Assembly: GCA_016906335.1 (NCBI GenBank)
Contig: JADEYG010000002.1
Location: forward strand, 496,001 to 560,000
Reading direction: 5' to 3'
From: Novakomyces olei
Taxonomy: Eukaryota
Length of the DNA stretch: 64,000 bases
In this document: piece by piece, positions 47,305 to 64,000 of the stretch
How the letters are laid out: every line of letters starts with the position of its first letter
Position numbering within the stretch: position 1 is the first letter of the stretch
Notes under the pieces: generated by a model
What the model was told of the DNA's origin: nothing
The model's input: the letters and a program-made list of their open reading frames with translations, nothing else
Database searches by the model: none
Program-made: the position numbers and the translations under genes

Positions 47305-48064
47305 AGTTACCGTGGATTCGATTATTTATTTTTTATTATTTTATTTATTTATTTATTTATTTGATTGAATCAAATAGGTCTATAAAATATTCAATTAAGG
47401 TTCCCGTTCCACGAACCACATCAGCTCAATCGCTATTTTGTTCTTCGATCGTTTCATTTCATTTCATTTCATTTTTTTATATTCTCAATCGATGAATGAG
47501 AATTATTTATTTCGTGCCTTTCAATGCTCACGTTTTACATTCAAATCCTTTTCGGATAGTCCTAGGTTTATCTAATTTTATCTAGTTTTATTCAGTTCTT
47601 TTCATCTATTTGCTCACTGCTTCTGCTGGTGTTCCTCTTCCAGTCTTTAAAATTGGTTCCTTTGTTAATTTGGTTCCCTCTTAAATTTGGTTCCTTGTTC
47701 AAAAATGGGTAATTTGCCCTTTTAACGTGATTTTCGGGCCCATTGATATATAAAAGTGATTTTCCCTTGTATACCCTGCATGATGGGTATTGCTTTTAGC
47801 GTACAGTACTTGGCGTATACCAGCAATGATTTGTAGCACGGCTCGGTATGGCCCATGACGGTTAGGACGGATTTTCCTCTGTAAAGCAAATTAGAATGCA
47901 ATTTTTATATAGTCAAATGCTCGGCTGGACTTGCCCGTAGCATCGATCGAAATAATGTAAAATTACGATATTAGGTTTACTTTGATATTGCAAGTAAGCA
48001 ATAATAATGGGAACATGAGCCAATATTATATATGGGTTTTTGTGTTTGTATGGAGAATTAGATT

Positions 48065-48160
48065 CCTATACTCCTATATTATATATTCCTATACTCCTAT
48101 ACTTCTATATCATATACTCCTATACTTCTATATCATATACTCCTATATTATATATTCCTA
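48065..48160. repeat. Degenerate 7-bp (CTATAYT-like) tandem repeat
   Basis: Directly visible between PUB1 and PTC1. Confidence 0.8.
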
Positions 48161-48665
48161 TAATAACGCTCTGCGCATATATTACATAACAATCCAGCGT
48201 TTGTACAGTCCCCACACTGCCGCGGAGGCGTACACGGCACGATCACAAAAGAGCAGAAACAAGCAGCTTGACGTCAGCAATTAAGCTGTTAAACGGACAT
48301 TAAAACTGCAGCCACACGCTCAATTGCTCTTTTGCTCGGCCTTTTAAGCTAATCGGCAGCTGCATTTACTGTGAATTCGAATTGCATATTGTAGAAGTCG
48401 TATTTGTTTTACTATTTCAAGATCTGTTTCGGAACAGGGGAAGGGACTTGTATTGGAGAACCACAGAATAAGAAGAGAAGGCTGAGGCTCGATCAAGTGC
48501 AGCCGTTTTTTTGTTCACTACCAACATCGGCAACGTCGAATACCAATAGGCCCGAACCTTACTTTTCAGCCTTGTAATCAGCTTCAATAAATTAAAAAAA
48601 TAAGAAAAAGAAATAAGAAAAAAAAAAAGGAAAAAAAAAAAAAATAAACGACAAAACCGCTTCAA

Positions 48666-50273
48666 ATGAGCGGCAATGGAGGCAATGGCAGCAGCGGCAA
48701 AAGCAAGCGAAGATCGTTTTCCGCGTCTCTGGCACGAATTAACCCCTTCTCTCACAAAAGCGAATCCTCGTCCGCAAAGACCTTGACGTTAACCGCACGA
48801 GACATGGCCTTATTCGAGCGGAGCAGTATTACGGGAAACAATGCAGAGCCCAATACGACGGTGGTAGTGGGCGGCAACTCGGCCGGTCTCCGTCGACCAA
48901 ACTTGGAGACTTGTACGTTTCTCGTTGGAGTAGCGGAGGACAAGAACCAGCGTTGCCGCCGTACGATGGAGGACACTCACAGCTTTGTCTATGATTTTTG
49001 TGACGTTCAGGATCAGGGCTATATTGGCCTCTTTGATGGACATGCAGGTAGGTACGCTGCCGATTTTTGTGGGGACCAGTTCCATGACGTTTTACTCGAT
49101 GTTTTGAAAAAGAACCCGGGCAAACGCGTACCTGATCTGCTCGATGCGACTTTTACGTATGTCGATAGTGAACTTTCTCGAATGTCCCAGCGAACAAGCG
49201 GCTGTACTGCCGTAACTGCTCTTCTGCTATGGGAAGACAGGCCGGCTAGTATGGTCCCTTCAAGGGCAGTTTTACAGGCTGGAAGCAGCAGGAATAGAGC
49301 AAGTACGGAAAGGATGGCTGAATCGAGAGCTGTGGACTACAAAAGTACTGAATCTAAGACAGAGGAGACTAAAGCAGAGGAGACTAAAGCAGAGGAGACT
49401 AAAGCAGAGGAGATCCAAAGCACTGAAACTAAAACAGAGAAAATTAAAGCAGAGGAGCGTAAAAACGGTGAACCTACCTCTGATTCTGTTGGTGCTACAG
49501 ATTCTACTTCTACCAGCTCTCCTCGGGCCAGTACAGAATTTGTTAAATCATACACAGGCAGGGACCCGGGCACAGTACGTGTTCGGGTACTTTATACAGC
49601 TAATGTTGGAGACGCCAGGGCAGTACTCTGCCGAAACGGCAGGGCGGTTCGTCTGTCGTACGACCACAAGGGCTCTGATGCAAAAGAGTGTAATCGTATA
49701 ACTGAGGCAGGTGGAATTGTCGTGAAGAACAGGGTTAATGGTGTCCTGGCTGTGACAAGGGCGCTTGGCGACAGCTATATGAAGCAGTTAATTAGCGGCC
49801 ACCCTTATACAACAGAGACAATGCTATTGCCAGAAGACGAGTTTGTTATTCTCGCCTGTGATGGAATTTGGGATGTCTGTACGGATCAGGAGGCAATTGA
49901 TCTTGTGCGCAAAGAGCCAGAGCCGACTTTGGCCAGTAAAGCACTGGTGGAATATGCTCTTTCAAAATATTCTACTGACAATTTAACGTGTATCGTTGTT
50001 CGACTCTACAAGGACCCAGAGCAAAATGAAAAGGAATCGTTCACGACTCCAACGCTTTATGGTACACGTATTGATCTTTCACGGGAGGCTCCCACTCGGC
50101 CGCCAGCAGTCACGACAAAGAGCTCTTCGTCTATTGGCTCGGAGCCGATTGCTCCCACTTTAGCGGAAAAAAGGTCACGGTCTTCTTCCGTAGACAATAA
50201 TGTGCCTGCCCGCGAGACCTTGGAGGAAAGTGATGAAAACGCCATTGAAGATTCGGACAGTTCTTACGGGTAA
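48666..50273 (+). CDS. PTC1: Protein phosphatase 2C, Ptc1 type
   Basis: RRTMEDTH, FDGHAG, SGCTAV, LYTANVGDARAVLCR.G.A.RLSYDHKGSD, RVNGVLAVTRALGD, ILACDGIWDV, STDN. Confidence 0.93.
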   Translation: MSGNGGNGSSGKSKRRSFSASLARINPFSHKSESSSAKTLTLTARDMALFERSSITGNNAEPNTTVVVGGNSAGLRRPNLETCTFLVGVAEDKNQRCRRTMEDTHSFVYDFCDVQDQGYIGLFDGHAGRYAADFCGDQFHDVLLDVLKKNPGKRVPDLLDATFTYVDSELSRMSQRTSGCTAVTALLLWEDRPASMVPSRAVLQAGSSRNRASTERMAESRAVDYKSTESKTEETKAEETKAEETKAEEIQSTETKTEKIKAEERKNGEPTSDSVGATDSTSTSSPRASTEFVKSYTGRDPGTVRVRVLYTANVGDARAVLCRNGRAVRLSYDHKGSDAKECNRITEAGGIVVKNRVNGVLAVTRALGDSYMKQLISGHPYTTETMLLPEDEFVILACDGIWDVCTDQEAIDLVRKEPEPTLASKALVEYALSKYSTDNLTCIVVRLYKDPEQNEKESFTTPTLYGTRIDLSREAPTRPPAVTTKSSSSIGSEPIAPTLAEKRSRSSSVDNNVPARETLEESDENAIEDSDSSYG

Positions 50274-50932
50274 AATCAAATGCTCACGCGATCGTGGAGC
50301 GCACTAGGGAATAAAGTGGCAAAGGATCTTTATCGCGGGTTTTCTTTAAATTGGTCTGGAACTTTTAAAGGTAGGTAGGGTTAGGGTAATGAGTACGTCT
50401 CATGGTTTAATCTTTTTCCATTCCAAACGGGGAAAAACGTTTAAATACATGGAAATCCAAATAAAAGACCAAAAAAAAAACGATAAAACAGAAATCTGTA
50501 TGAAAACAAGAGAAAAGGGTTTTGGACAGTCAAGACCGTGAGGCATCTATTATATAAATGGTTATTGATCAAGCACCGACTAGAAATTTGATGCGGCTGC
50601 TGTCCAATAACGTGCGAGTGAATTGTTATATTACGTTGACTTCAGCTAGTACCCGATGTACCCAAAAGAGTCTGGATGCATATAGTTTGATAAACGATTG
50701 TTCTTGTAATGTATGTTGTACAAAATACTAAATACCAGGACGCAAACAAAAGAAACATAAATCATAAAAGAACAATTAAAACAATAAACCCAATTCTCTT
50801 TGATCACTTGTATTAATCGGCCGTATGCGGGTATCAAAACGAGATGAACAGCGGACTATTAGATGCAAAGCATATCCGATCCAATGTAATACGATTGGCC
50901 AAAAGTTCAATCTTTTCTCCATAGCAAAAAGA

Positions 50933-51755
50933 CTAAGAGTCATTAGGCCAGTCAGCTTGCTGGCTCATTAACTCAAAAGCAAAATCGCTAAAAACGTCGT
51001 CAAGCTGCAGCTGATTTGAGTCTGAGTTATGATCATACAAGTCCATTGATCCAGCGTCGGCATCTATCTCTGCTGCATTTTGCTGCAAATTTTGCTGTTG
51101 TATATTGGTATTGCGTAACTCGGACTTTTGTATATCAGGGATTTGTAAATCGGTACTCGGCCGATCCTTTTCTTCACTGCCACCAGAGCCAGAGGCTGTT
51201 AAATCAGGAAAATCGTCTATAGAAATGACGTCGGGACCATCATCGATCTCTGATTTTACAGGTTTCGTTTCCGAGTCTTCGTCCATAATAACATCGCCAA
51301 AAGAATCAAGAGCAAGATCAATCTGGTCAGTAGTGCTCGAGTCCTTAGCGTCCAAGTCTTCAGCTAATAGAGTCTCCTTTTTCTCAGCTGCGCCGGTTTC
51401 TGATAGCGGTGGAGCAAAGGCATCAATTCCGTTGCCATTGGCTTGGTGGCTAGTTAAATGACGGAGCACGAACGATAATTGCAAATCCAGCTGGTCGCAT
51501 TGGAACTGGAAATTACTGTAGGCCGCTTGCAGGTCTTGTAGAGGATCGTCGCCGGTGAAAAGACTGAAGGCCGCCTTGTCAGTATATAAAGGCCATTAAA
51601 CAACGCGAGTGAGAAAAGGACACTTACCGTGCAAACGGGCCTATGCCAGGTTTGCTCTTTGCATATTCGAGGGAAGATACTGTAAAAACATCGCCCATAA
51701 CCAGTAAGAGCTGATTAAAAGACTGCTCAATGGCGTCAGCGGCCTCGAGAGCCAT
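50933..51755 (-). CDS. Probable Mediator tail subunit, Med2/Med29-like
   Basis: Two-exon model (exon 2 from 51563): helical N-terminus IEQSFNQLLLVMG...YSNFQFQCDQLDLQL followed by an acidic disordered tail. F...CDQLxL.L resembles Med29; family call is tentative. Confidence 0.5.
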
Positions 51756-51888
51756 GCAATTTCGACATAAAGGAGCTGTGCTGGGATAATCAAATCTCTG
51801 ATTAGTCGTTACTAGATCCTTATAGCGCACACTTATTAGCGAGCAGATGGATTTTATTAGGGACATTAGTGTGGAGACAATCTTATAT

Positions 51889-51903
51889 TAACCCTAACCC
51901 TAA
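51889..51903. promoter_or_regulatory. Telomere-type box TAACCCTAACCCTAA about 135 bp upstream of the Med2-like gene
   Basis: Same motif as at 9805; regulatory role is inferred. Confidence 0.5.
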
Positions 51904-52314
51904 TCCTATTATAATTTATATTTTCGCAGTATCGAATCACGGTATCGTATTTTTATCGTATTTTCATTATTGCTATTGATTCGTCAAAGGGGTATAATTC
52001 CAATACGACAACGTGGTTATGGATACGTACGCGTACGCATGCTGAGCCAGGCGTTATGCCAATGCTCAAATATAGTGTTTGAGCGAAATCGTCTCTGTAT
52101 AATTACCGACAATACCCTTGAGCCTAAAGCCGACACTGGGCAATGTCCCGCGTTAGTCTCGGCACTTCAAACAAGAATCCTGCTGAGCAAGGCACTAAAG
52201 TCATACATCACAAATGCCTCCCTGTAGCAAGGCAGTTTGTGCCAAACGGTTGCCCCATGAGAACTCTTTTCAAATCATAAAATGGAGCGAGTCCATGTAT
52301 TTTTGGGACAAAAC

Positions 52315-54100
52315 CTAACACAGGTACAGCATTCCATGGTTGCCCTCTCGACCCAAAATCAAAAAGGATCCATTACAAAGCGATATGCACCCCGCCAGAT
52401 CACACTCAAGGCGGTACAAATACTGCCGGCCATAAACACTTTGCTTATCGCTCTCATACACGTAAACAAGACTAGCACGATCCCGCGTAGCACGTTCCTC
52501 CGCGATTAGACAACGCGCGTGGGATGGATCTACGATAAAGAATTTTTTCTGCTGCTTTGACGCGCCCACGTATGCCATTGCCGGAGCCGTAAACACATGC
52601 TCGAGAACAATCCCACTTTCTTCACATTGCGGTCGGTAGACCAACGCGTCCACGTCTCGAGACACTACCAAGGAATGCAGCGCGTGGCCAATCACGCGAA
52701 GTCCGCCCAGGCAGGCTTTGTCGCCGTCGGCAAAGTATTGCAGAGTACAATAGTCAATATCGGCATCCGCTTCCTCTTCTCCTTCCTGAGTAAATTTGGC
52801 TAATTGCTCGAGTCGTCGGCTACGCTCGCCCACGTCTGATACCTCAACTGCCCCGTCCGGCTCGGCAAATACGTGCGGCCACAGCTGCGGGACTGATTTT
52901 TCAAAGTAAATATCAAGCACAGCACCACCATTGCCACCGTCTGTGCGTGCTTCGGCAATTGCTGATACGTGGGATAGGGTCCATGTACAGGATTCCTGCT
53001 GTATATGTGCAAATAATCGGGCATCAATCAAGAGTTGGGACAAGTGCCGTACCTGCACACTGTCGGAAAAGCTTACAACGACATCCGATTTCGTTGTAGT
53101 AGGTGGGAGTGATAAGGACAAGGTTACGTCAGCATCCGTCTGAGCCCACACATAAGCAGGCGTGGGCTTACTTGCTGCAGTGGACCCTGCCGAATCAAAA
53201 CGTGGGCGTTCTGTCTGGCCAACGGCAGCAATTAATATTCCACAATCCTGGTCCTTGTCTTTTGCGGGCGGTACGAGGAAAGCTGCTTCCGGCACGTGGT
53301 CAGAGTTAAAAGTTGCAATAACTTGAGCATGAGTTTGTGACACTAGTCGGCAGTGCCATATAGCGTAGCGGTCGCCTCTAGACTTGTCCAAGTGCTCGAG
53401 CCGGCAAATGAGAAACTCGACCTGGTCCCTGTTGAGCGCTGCGTGGAGCAGCAAAAAAGGCCTTTTATGCGCATTCGTGCTCTCTGAAATAAGCAGCGTG
53501 CTGCCCGTAGAGCATTGCTCTTGAGGCACTTCATTGGCCAGTTGGACGCTCTCACTACTGCCGTCGGCCCTTATGAGCGCCAGACTCCCGAACCCGTCAG
53601 TATAGATAAACAACCCACGCATGAGCGGGATAACGTGGGAGGGGTATGAAGGCCCATCAGCAGCCCACGCAGTTGCGGACGTGGGCGGAGATATGCGTCG
53701 GGATACCCGCATTTCGCCATTCTCCTGCAGGAATTAGTAAACCCGCAAACGACAAAGCGACGAAATGACGTAGAGTGTAAAGTGGTTCGAGACTGAGAGT
53801 CAAAGGTATATAGTCCACGGCACTTACAGCAACGGAAACGCCCACCAAATGCGAGTGAGCGTCGATGAAATAAGCACTACACGCGGTATCGTCTGCCGCT
53901 GCTGGTACTAGAGAATTCCAGTACGTGCGCACTCGGGCCTCGTCATACACTAGAGTCTGCGGTTGTGCCAACGGTCTGTACTGTGGCACAGTGAAAAGCA
54001 ATTGAGACCGGCAGTCACGTGAGCCGTTGTCGGATACGAGGCGGTAGGCCTCGAATTTCGGGTGCAGCAGCTCTCGATGCTCGCGCAGCTCGAGCGGCAT
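52315..54100 (-). CDS. NudC domain-containing protein 1 (NUDCD1)-like CS-domain co-chaperone
   Basis: Exons 54100-53828 and 53724-52315 joined by a GTAAGT..ACTAAT..CAG intron. RELLHPKFEAYRL N-terminus, CS domain YVWAQTDADVT...ESCTWTL, C-terminal HV.T.PAMAYVGASKQQKKF. Confidence 0.85.
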
Positions 54101-54808
54101 GAAATGCTTGTCGTCCGAGTGGGATGAATGACGATGTGGAAAGTGTCATTTGCTAATATCCGGTCTATCGTTCGCGCTATTATGTAGTTTAAATACTTGT
54201 TCTATTAATTAATTTTATTCTTTTAATTAATTTTATTGTACAAAGTTAATTTTATTATATTAATTAATTATTTTTTTAATTAATTATTGCATCAACTAAA
54301 TTTTATTCTAAACTTTGCACGAGTACCATATTTATTTGATCCCCGCAAAAGTGTACGCTCGTCGCGCTGACTCTCGTTTGTAGGGACAATATACATTTAA
54401 ATCATAAATTTCTTTGGAGACAGCGACATTGAACGAAAATACTCGCGTGCTTTTAGCCTTTCATAATAATAACATATAGCCATTATGAGAGATCAATGCT
54501 GCGCGCTAATGGCAAAGACACGGACCAATCTCTGAGCGCGTTAGTCAATGCAATTGTACTAGTCGCCTTTCACAGAGGTCCACTCTCCGAATTTGAATTT
54601 GAATTTGAATTTGAATTTGGCAAACTCGACCGGCCTGCTCACCAATGGCGCGGCCAATGGCGCGGGCACAAACGCACTTGAGCATCTCAACGCCGAGTTC
54701 CATAGTCCATGACAGCGGCAGATAGACAAAAGCCATTAGCTCTAATATTCAGTGCAGTCAAAGTATTGAACAGGCCTTAACAGTACCATTCTCCATGACC
54801 CCCACTTT

Positions 54809-55205
54809 CTACCCCACTGTTTCTGGTTTGTACTCGTGCTTCAATTGCCGCAGTACACTCTCGATACTCGACTGTGCTTGCTCATTGCTCATCTGCCGCG
54901 CTTGCACTGAGCTCTTTGTCTCCTGATAAAGATTCGTGCGGTCCACAGCGCCACCAATGAGGGAAACGGCTTTCCCCCTTTCACGGTCCAACAGCGACGG
55001 GTCGCGTTTCACTTCAGCCTCGGCAATCTCACGTAATCTGGTCTCAAAGCGCTTCCCTTCCTCCTGTTGAAATAATTAGAATATTAATCTACTGTGCTGT
55101 GCTTACACTGTTGCGAAACTCGGACAGTATTCGGCGCCGCATTTGATCAAAGTGGCCTTGACGCTTGTACTGAGCGACAAGCTCCTCCGCCGATATTTCA
55201 GACAT
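54809..55205 (-). CDS. SHG1: COMPASS subunit Shg1/BOD1 family
   Basis: Exons 55205-55107 and 55063-54809: ELVAQYKRQGHFDQMRR...AEAEVKRDPSLLDRERGKAVSLIGGAVDR. Confidence 0.85.
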
Positions 55206-55349
55206 TTGCCCAATCAAAGGCCGATCTGCCTGTCAAAATTCAACCTGCTCGAGATCAACGCCGATTACTCGAGCGCGTCTATTAGTGAGTACTCTGTATT
55301 ATTGCAAGAATAGTCGCCCTCCACACTGAATAACTGCAACTTTGTTCCC

Positions 55350-55540
55350 TACAAAGTACGATACAATGTATAACGTATACAAAGTACGTACAATGTATAC
55401 AAAGTACGATACAATGTATAACGTATACAAAGTACGTACAATGTATACAAAGTACGTACAATGTATACAAAGTACGATTCAAAAAGTACGATACAATGTA
55501 CACAATGTACCATAAAAGCACATACAATGTACGATACAAT
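55350..55540. repeat. Minisatellite of ~20-bp TACAAAGTACG(A)TACAATGTA units with a 48-bp higher-order duplication
   Basis: Directly visible in the SHG1/MGM1 divergent intergenic region. Confidence 0.9.
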
Positions 55541-55697
55541 AGTTGCATCATCGCTGCAGTCTGCTTCACTTGTTACACCATCTACTGCAGTATAATACTT
55601 GCGATATGGCAGTATAATATGTACATAAAGACTGTCCAGAAGAATCGTGTTTAATCACACAAATCTCGGAGCAGAGCGATGAGCGACCAATGACCGC

Positions 55698-58571
55698 ATG
55701 ATTTCCGCTGTTGCTCGTCCGACGGCGCAGCGGCGCAGCGCTATGTGCACTGTGCGTCTGCGCAGTGCCGCTCTACGTTTTTACGGGTTTCAAAGACCTC
55801 TTTTACGGCCGTCAGTAGTGCCTTCACGATGTATTGCGTGCAGCCGACGCTTGTACGCGCCGCCTGGCCGTGCCATAAGCTTTCAGTCCTTTGCCAAAGT
55901 CTTGGCTAAATCTTCACGGGTCCCGGCTTTTGGAGTGGCCGCTGGCGCTGGTGGGCTTGCCTACATTGATCAAAAGATTCGAGGTAAGTAGAGGAGCAGT
56001 TTTATTCTGTACAGGAAGGAGACTTGATCTGGTGTTTACGAAATCTCTTTTTTCATTTGTTTCTAGTACTGTTTCTTTTGCCATCTAGTTTGGCTCTACT
56101 GCCGCTCCGGCCCAGTGGTTTTAGTCTTGTTTGAATCAAGCCTGTTCTGACAATAACTAGAGGCTTCCAACTATACAAAGAGCCTGGCCGATGCTGTCTC
56201 CGACTGGGCTCATGACAAGGCCGGTAATATTGAACAAGCATGGCAGGAACTGCCTCCTGTACATGCGCCAGCCTGGCTTTCCCGGCTCCTTGCTCGCGGA
56301 GACCCCACCGATTCTGAAAATAACAATAACAATAACAATAACAATAACAAAAGCAATAACAATAACAATAACAATTCAAACTCAAACGGCCCTGGATCTG
56401 GCCTTGCAGCGGGTGCAGCCGTAGCAGCAGCGGTCACAGACCTTCCGTCACTACTTGCAGAGGACGATTCAGCCAAAGATGCGCAAATGATGGTGCTTAC
56501 ACGCAAAATGATAGAGATTCGCAACCTTCTTTCCCAAATAAAAGGGCACGAATCACTGACCTCGCTCCCCAGTATCGTTGTCATTGGCTCCCAATCCTCT
56601 GGAAAATCTTCGGTGCTCGAATCGATCGTGGGCCAAGAGTTTCTCCCTAAAGGATCCAACATGGTAACCCGCAGGCCGATAGAACTGACGCTGGTAAATA
56701 CACCAGAAGCAGCTGCAGATTACGGAGAGTTCCCTGCTCTGGGGCTCGGCAAGATTACAGACTTTTCTCGAGTCCAGAAAATCCTGACTGACTTGAACCT
56801 GTCTGTCTCTGCAGACGAATGTGTCTCTGACGATCCAATTCAGCTCAACATCTACTCTCGTTCTGTCCCGGATCTGACAATGATCGATCTGCCTGGGTAC
56901 ATTCAGGTAGAAAGTGTGGGCCAGCCGGCAAAGCTGCGTGAACGAATCAGCCAGCTGTGTGATAAGTATATAAGGGAGCCCAATATTATTCTGGCCGTGT
57001 GTGCTGCGGACGTGGACCTGGCAAATTCGCCAGCTCTGAGGGCAAGCAGACGTGTAGATCCTTTGGGTCTGCGTACGATTGGAGTCGTTACAAAGATGGA
57101 TCTTGTGCCACCTGACGTTGGGCTGCGAGTACTGACTGCAAACAGTATTCCATTGAACTTTGGGTACATTGGCGTTATTTGCAAGCAGCCAGCAGGCAAT
57201 CTTTTGTTCCGCAACTCTCTGGGCCTGGACGAGCAGGTGGCCCAGCGTGAGGACGCCTATTTCTCATCCCATAGCGAGTTTTCGTCTATTTCTAGGCACA
57301 ATAGTGTCAGTACTGGAGCCAGTACTGGAGCTGCCACTAATTCCGATTCCGAGCCAGTGCAAGTGGGAACGAGGCAGCTGAAAAAGACGCTGATGCGTGT
57401 CCTTGAGCGGTCGATGGCGCAGAACCTTCAAGGCACATTGAACTCGGTACGACTGGAGCTGGACGAGGCAGCTTACCAGTTCAAAGTAGAGTTTGATGAT
57501 CGGAGTATAACAGCCGAGTCCTACCTGGCTCAGGCAGCAGACGTGCTCAAGGCCAAGTTCAAGCAGGCTGCTGCACAGTTTGGCAAGGACCAAGTAAGGG
57601 CAATGCTGAAGGAGGCGCTTGACCAGGAGATTATGAATATTGTAGCTGAAAGGTACTGGACAGATCCAAGGTTAGGGCAGCTGGGAAAGCAGGACGAGTC
57701 GGGAGGAGACTACTGGTTGCGCAAGCTCGACTTTGCCTCCTCACAGCTAACAAAGCTCGGAGTTGGGAGACTGTCCACTTCACTGCTCACGGAAAAGCTG
57801 ATTGATATGGTGGAAGACGTGACTGCTCAAGGGCCCTTGGCTCGCCACCCGTTTGCCAAGGACAGGGTGTCTGATGCCGCTAGGCACATACTCAGGTCCC
57901 GGTTCACTGCGGCCGCAGACCAAGTGGAAAACTGTATAAAGCCCTTCAAGTACGAGATCGAAATGAACGAGGCTGAATGGACTCGCAGCCGGGAATCAGC
58001 GATTGCCGAATTACGAGAGGAACTGCACCAGTGCCGAAGGGCTTACGATCAGCTGCGTACACAGATTGGCGGCAAAAGATTGGCTCAGGCGGTTCAGTAC
58101 CTGGAAAGGTCGGGCGGTGCTGCTGGAGAGGAGAATATAGGCTTCAGCCAGTCGCTGCTGGCACGTGCTCAGGCTGCGCAGTACTTGCAAGCAAGAGAAG
58201 GCGTTTTAACCCTAAGACTGGCTGCATTAAAGTCACGGGGGTGCAAGGCGATGGCGGCTAAAGTAGAGTGCCCAGAGGTTTACCTCAACGTCGTCGCCGA
58301 CAAGTTATCGCAGATTGCTGTGCTGTTTTTGAACGTTGAACTGCTCGCCGAGTTTACTTATGAGTTCCCTCGTGAAATCGATGCTAGGCTCGTTAACCGT
58401 ATGGACAAGGCTCAAGTGGAGCAGTTTGCCCGTGAAGATCCACGGGTCCGAGAGCACCTTGACTTGCAACACAAAAAGGAGGTTCTTGAGTGTGTCCTTG
58501 AAAAAATCGAGTCTGTCATTCTGCTGGAACGAGAGAATTCTGCCTACAGGCGACACCGCCAAAGCCTTTAA
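55698..58571 (+). CDS. MGM1: Mitochondrial inner-membrane fusion dynamin Mgm1/Msp1
   Basis: Exons 55698-55983 and 56161-58571. Arg-rich presequence, two hydrophobic segments separated by poly-Asn, LPSIVVIGSQSSGKSSVLE, DLPG, TKMD, ADQVENCIKPFKYE. Confidence 0.96.
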
Positions 58572-58759
58572 TCGCGCTTATTCACCAGCTGTTTCTTTCA
58601 AATGTATATGTGAACAGACGTGTATTCTCTTTGTTTATTTAATTAATTAATTAATAATTAATTATTCAATTATTATTACTATCTGGGCTTTTTTTAAATG
58701 ATTTTCCTGCTTTTATACTCATTGCGACGGTTATTTGGTACCTTGAACAAGCTGCATAT

Positions 58760-58825
58760 TATTTTTATTTTTATTTTTATTTTTATTTTTATTTTTATTT
58801 TTATTTTTATTTTTATTTTTATTTT
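58760..58825. repeat. (TTTTTA)n microsatellite in the MGM1/RIA1 convergent intergenic region
   Basis: Directly visible. Confidence 0.9.
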
Positions 58826-59112
58826 ACTATTGCTATTGCCATTACTTTTTCTTATTATTAAAAGAGTTTTAGTATTAGTATTCTAAATATCACCATTACT
58901 TTTGCCATTATCATTATCACTATCACTATCACTATTAGTAGTTTCAACTTGTTTTTGCTATCATTTTCATTTCGTTTGTGATCGTTTGTACAATTGTGGA
59001 CTAGTTTAATTCATTTCTCAGCGGCAACGTGCGCAATTAGTAAAAGAAAGATATCCATATCCCTCTATATGTATGTGTATTCAAGAGCTTTTGACTCAAC
59101 ACTATTCCACTA

Positions 59113-63273
<4,161 letters not shown>

Positions 63274-63508
63274 CGCTCTGTGATTGGGAATCCTAAATCA
63301 TGAGAAGTATGACATATATCTACTATCTGTGTGTATCGTATATAGCGATAGCGGTATATAATTGTAGTGTAATTCTTATAGACTTGGCTCCGACTGTAGA
63401 GGTTATGCGTCATATTATATAGTGTGGAGTATATAGGGATAATGCAAGGTCTCTCTCCCTTGGAGACGTTACATATGTGGAGCGGCCTTTGAGAGCGAGT
63501 GGCCGGTC

Positions 63509-64000
63509 ATGGCGCCAGCTGATGGCGGCCGCGACGAGAAATGGGGCAATATCCCCGACGACCGTACTATTCATTCAGGCTGGCTTGAGAAGCAGACAGT
63601 CTCGCGAGTAAGAACTGCTTGCCTGATCGAGGCATATTCGCACAAGGTACTGACCTTGCAGATCTGGCGCCGACGGTGGTTTGTTCTGCGTAAAGCGCGG
63701 CTCGGGTTTTACAAAGACGAGAGAGTAAGTGGCCTGCCGTCTGGCCGATGTGCCTTTGCCACATTCATACTGTATTCTGCTCTGGAGTAGGAATAGGCTC
63801 TCCAGAGTACCTAAATACTCGACGCCGTGTCGGATTGTTGCACGGTTTGATTTGATTTGTTTGTTTTTGACTTGATACTTTGTTTATTTCACTTGCTGGC
63901 TCATTCTATGATTTGTTACTTTTACTGGGTTCATTGTAAATTAAACTTTTTTTAAAATCCTTCTGTAAGGTTACCTAACCCAAAGGAATACAAGCCTATG
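63509..64000 (+). CDS. PH-domain protein, 5' part (possibly Opy1-like), truncated by the window edge
   Basis: IHSGWLEKQTVSR-intron-IWRRRWFVLRKARLGFYKDER, followed by a GTAAGT donor. Confidence 0.75.

Noticed and set aside
53657..53830. Overlap of two ORFs suggesting a programmed frameshift in the NUDCD1-like gene
   Set aside because: A canonical intron at 53827-53725 joins them in frame.
54496..54736. Short ORFs over a (GAATTT)n repeat and a duplicated CCAATGGCGCGG
   Set aside because: Repeat-derived frames with no recognisable protein; at most CCAAT boxes.

Overview
Eukaryotic (fungal) nuclear DNA: compact, intron-rich, about 28 protein-coding genes, nearly all conserved housekeeping or regulatory genes. 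They include PEX11-family, LDB19/ART1, TCTP, RPA43, APC13, VPS38/UVRAG, a GHSMG hydrolase, an MDR polyol dehydrogenase, a USP, EDC3, MIPC synthase, a Pcl/Clg1-type cyclin, VID27, ACH1, CNL2/NKP2, EAF3, Pex33-like, IES2, BNA3, PUB1, PTC1, Med2-like, NUDCD1-like, SHG1, MGM1, RIA1/EFL1 and a PH-domain gene. Short degenerate introns, TCTP and Apc13 resembling what I recall of the fission-yeast proteins, and TTAGGG promoter boxes suggest an early-diverging ascomycete such as Taphrinomycotina (inference, not tested). Gene models were reconstructed by hand from splice signals and reading frame; several are invisible or fragmented in the ORF track. I found no tRNA, rRNA, CRISPR array or intact mobile element. 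The best-supported oddities concern RNA processing and translation: two GC-AG first introns in neighbouring genes, frequent AAG acceptors, long AUG-free leaders and uORFs on the cyclin. The most speculative lead is the gene-poor 1.3-4.1 kb interval, where interrupted minus-strand frames carry homeodomain-like and HMG-box-like fragments, possibly a decayed or very divergent mating-type-like locus. I cannot demonstrate a new system from sequence alone.
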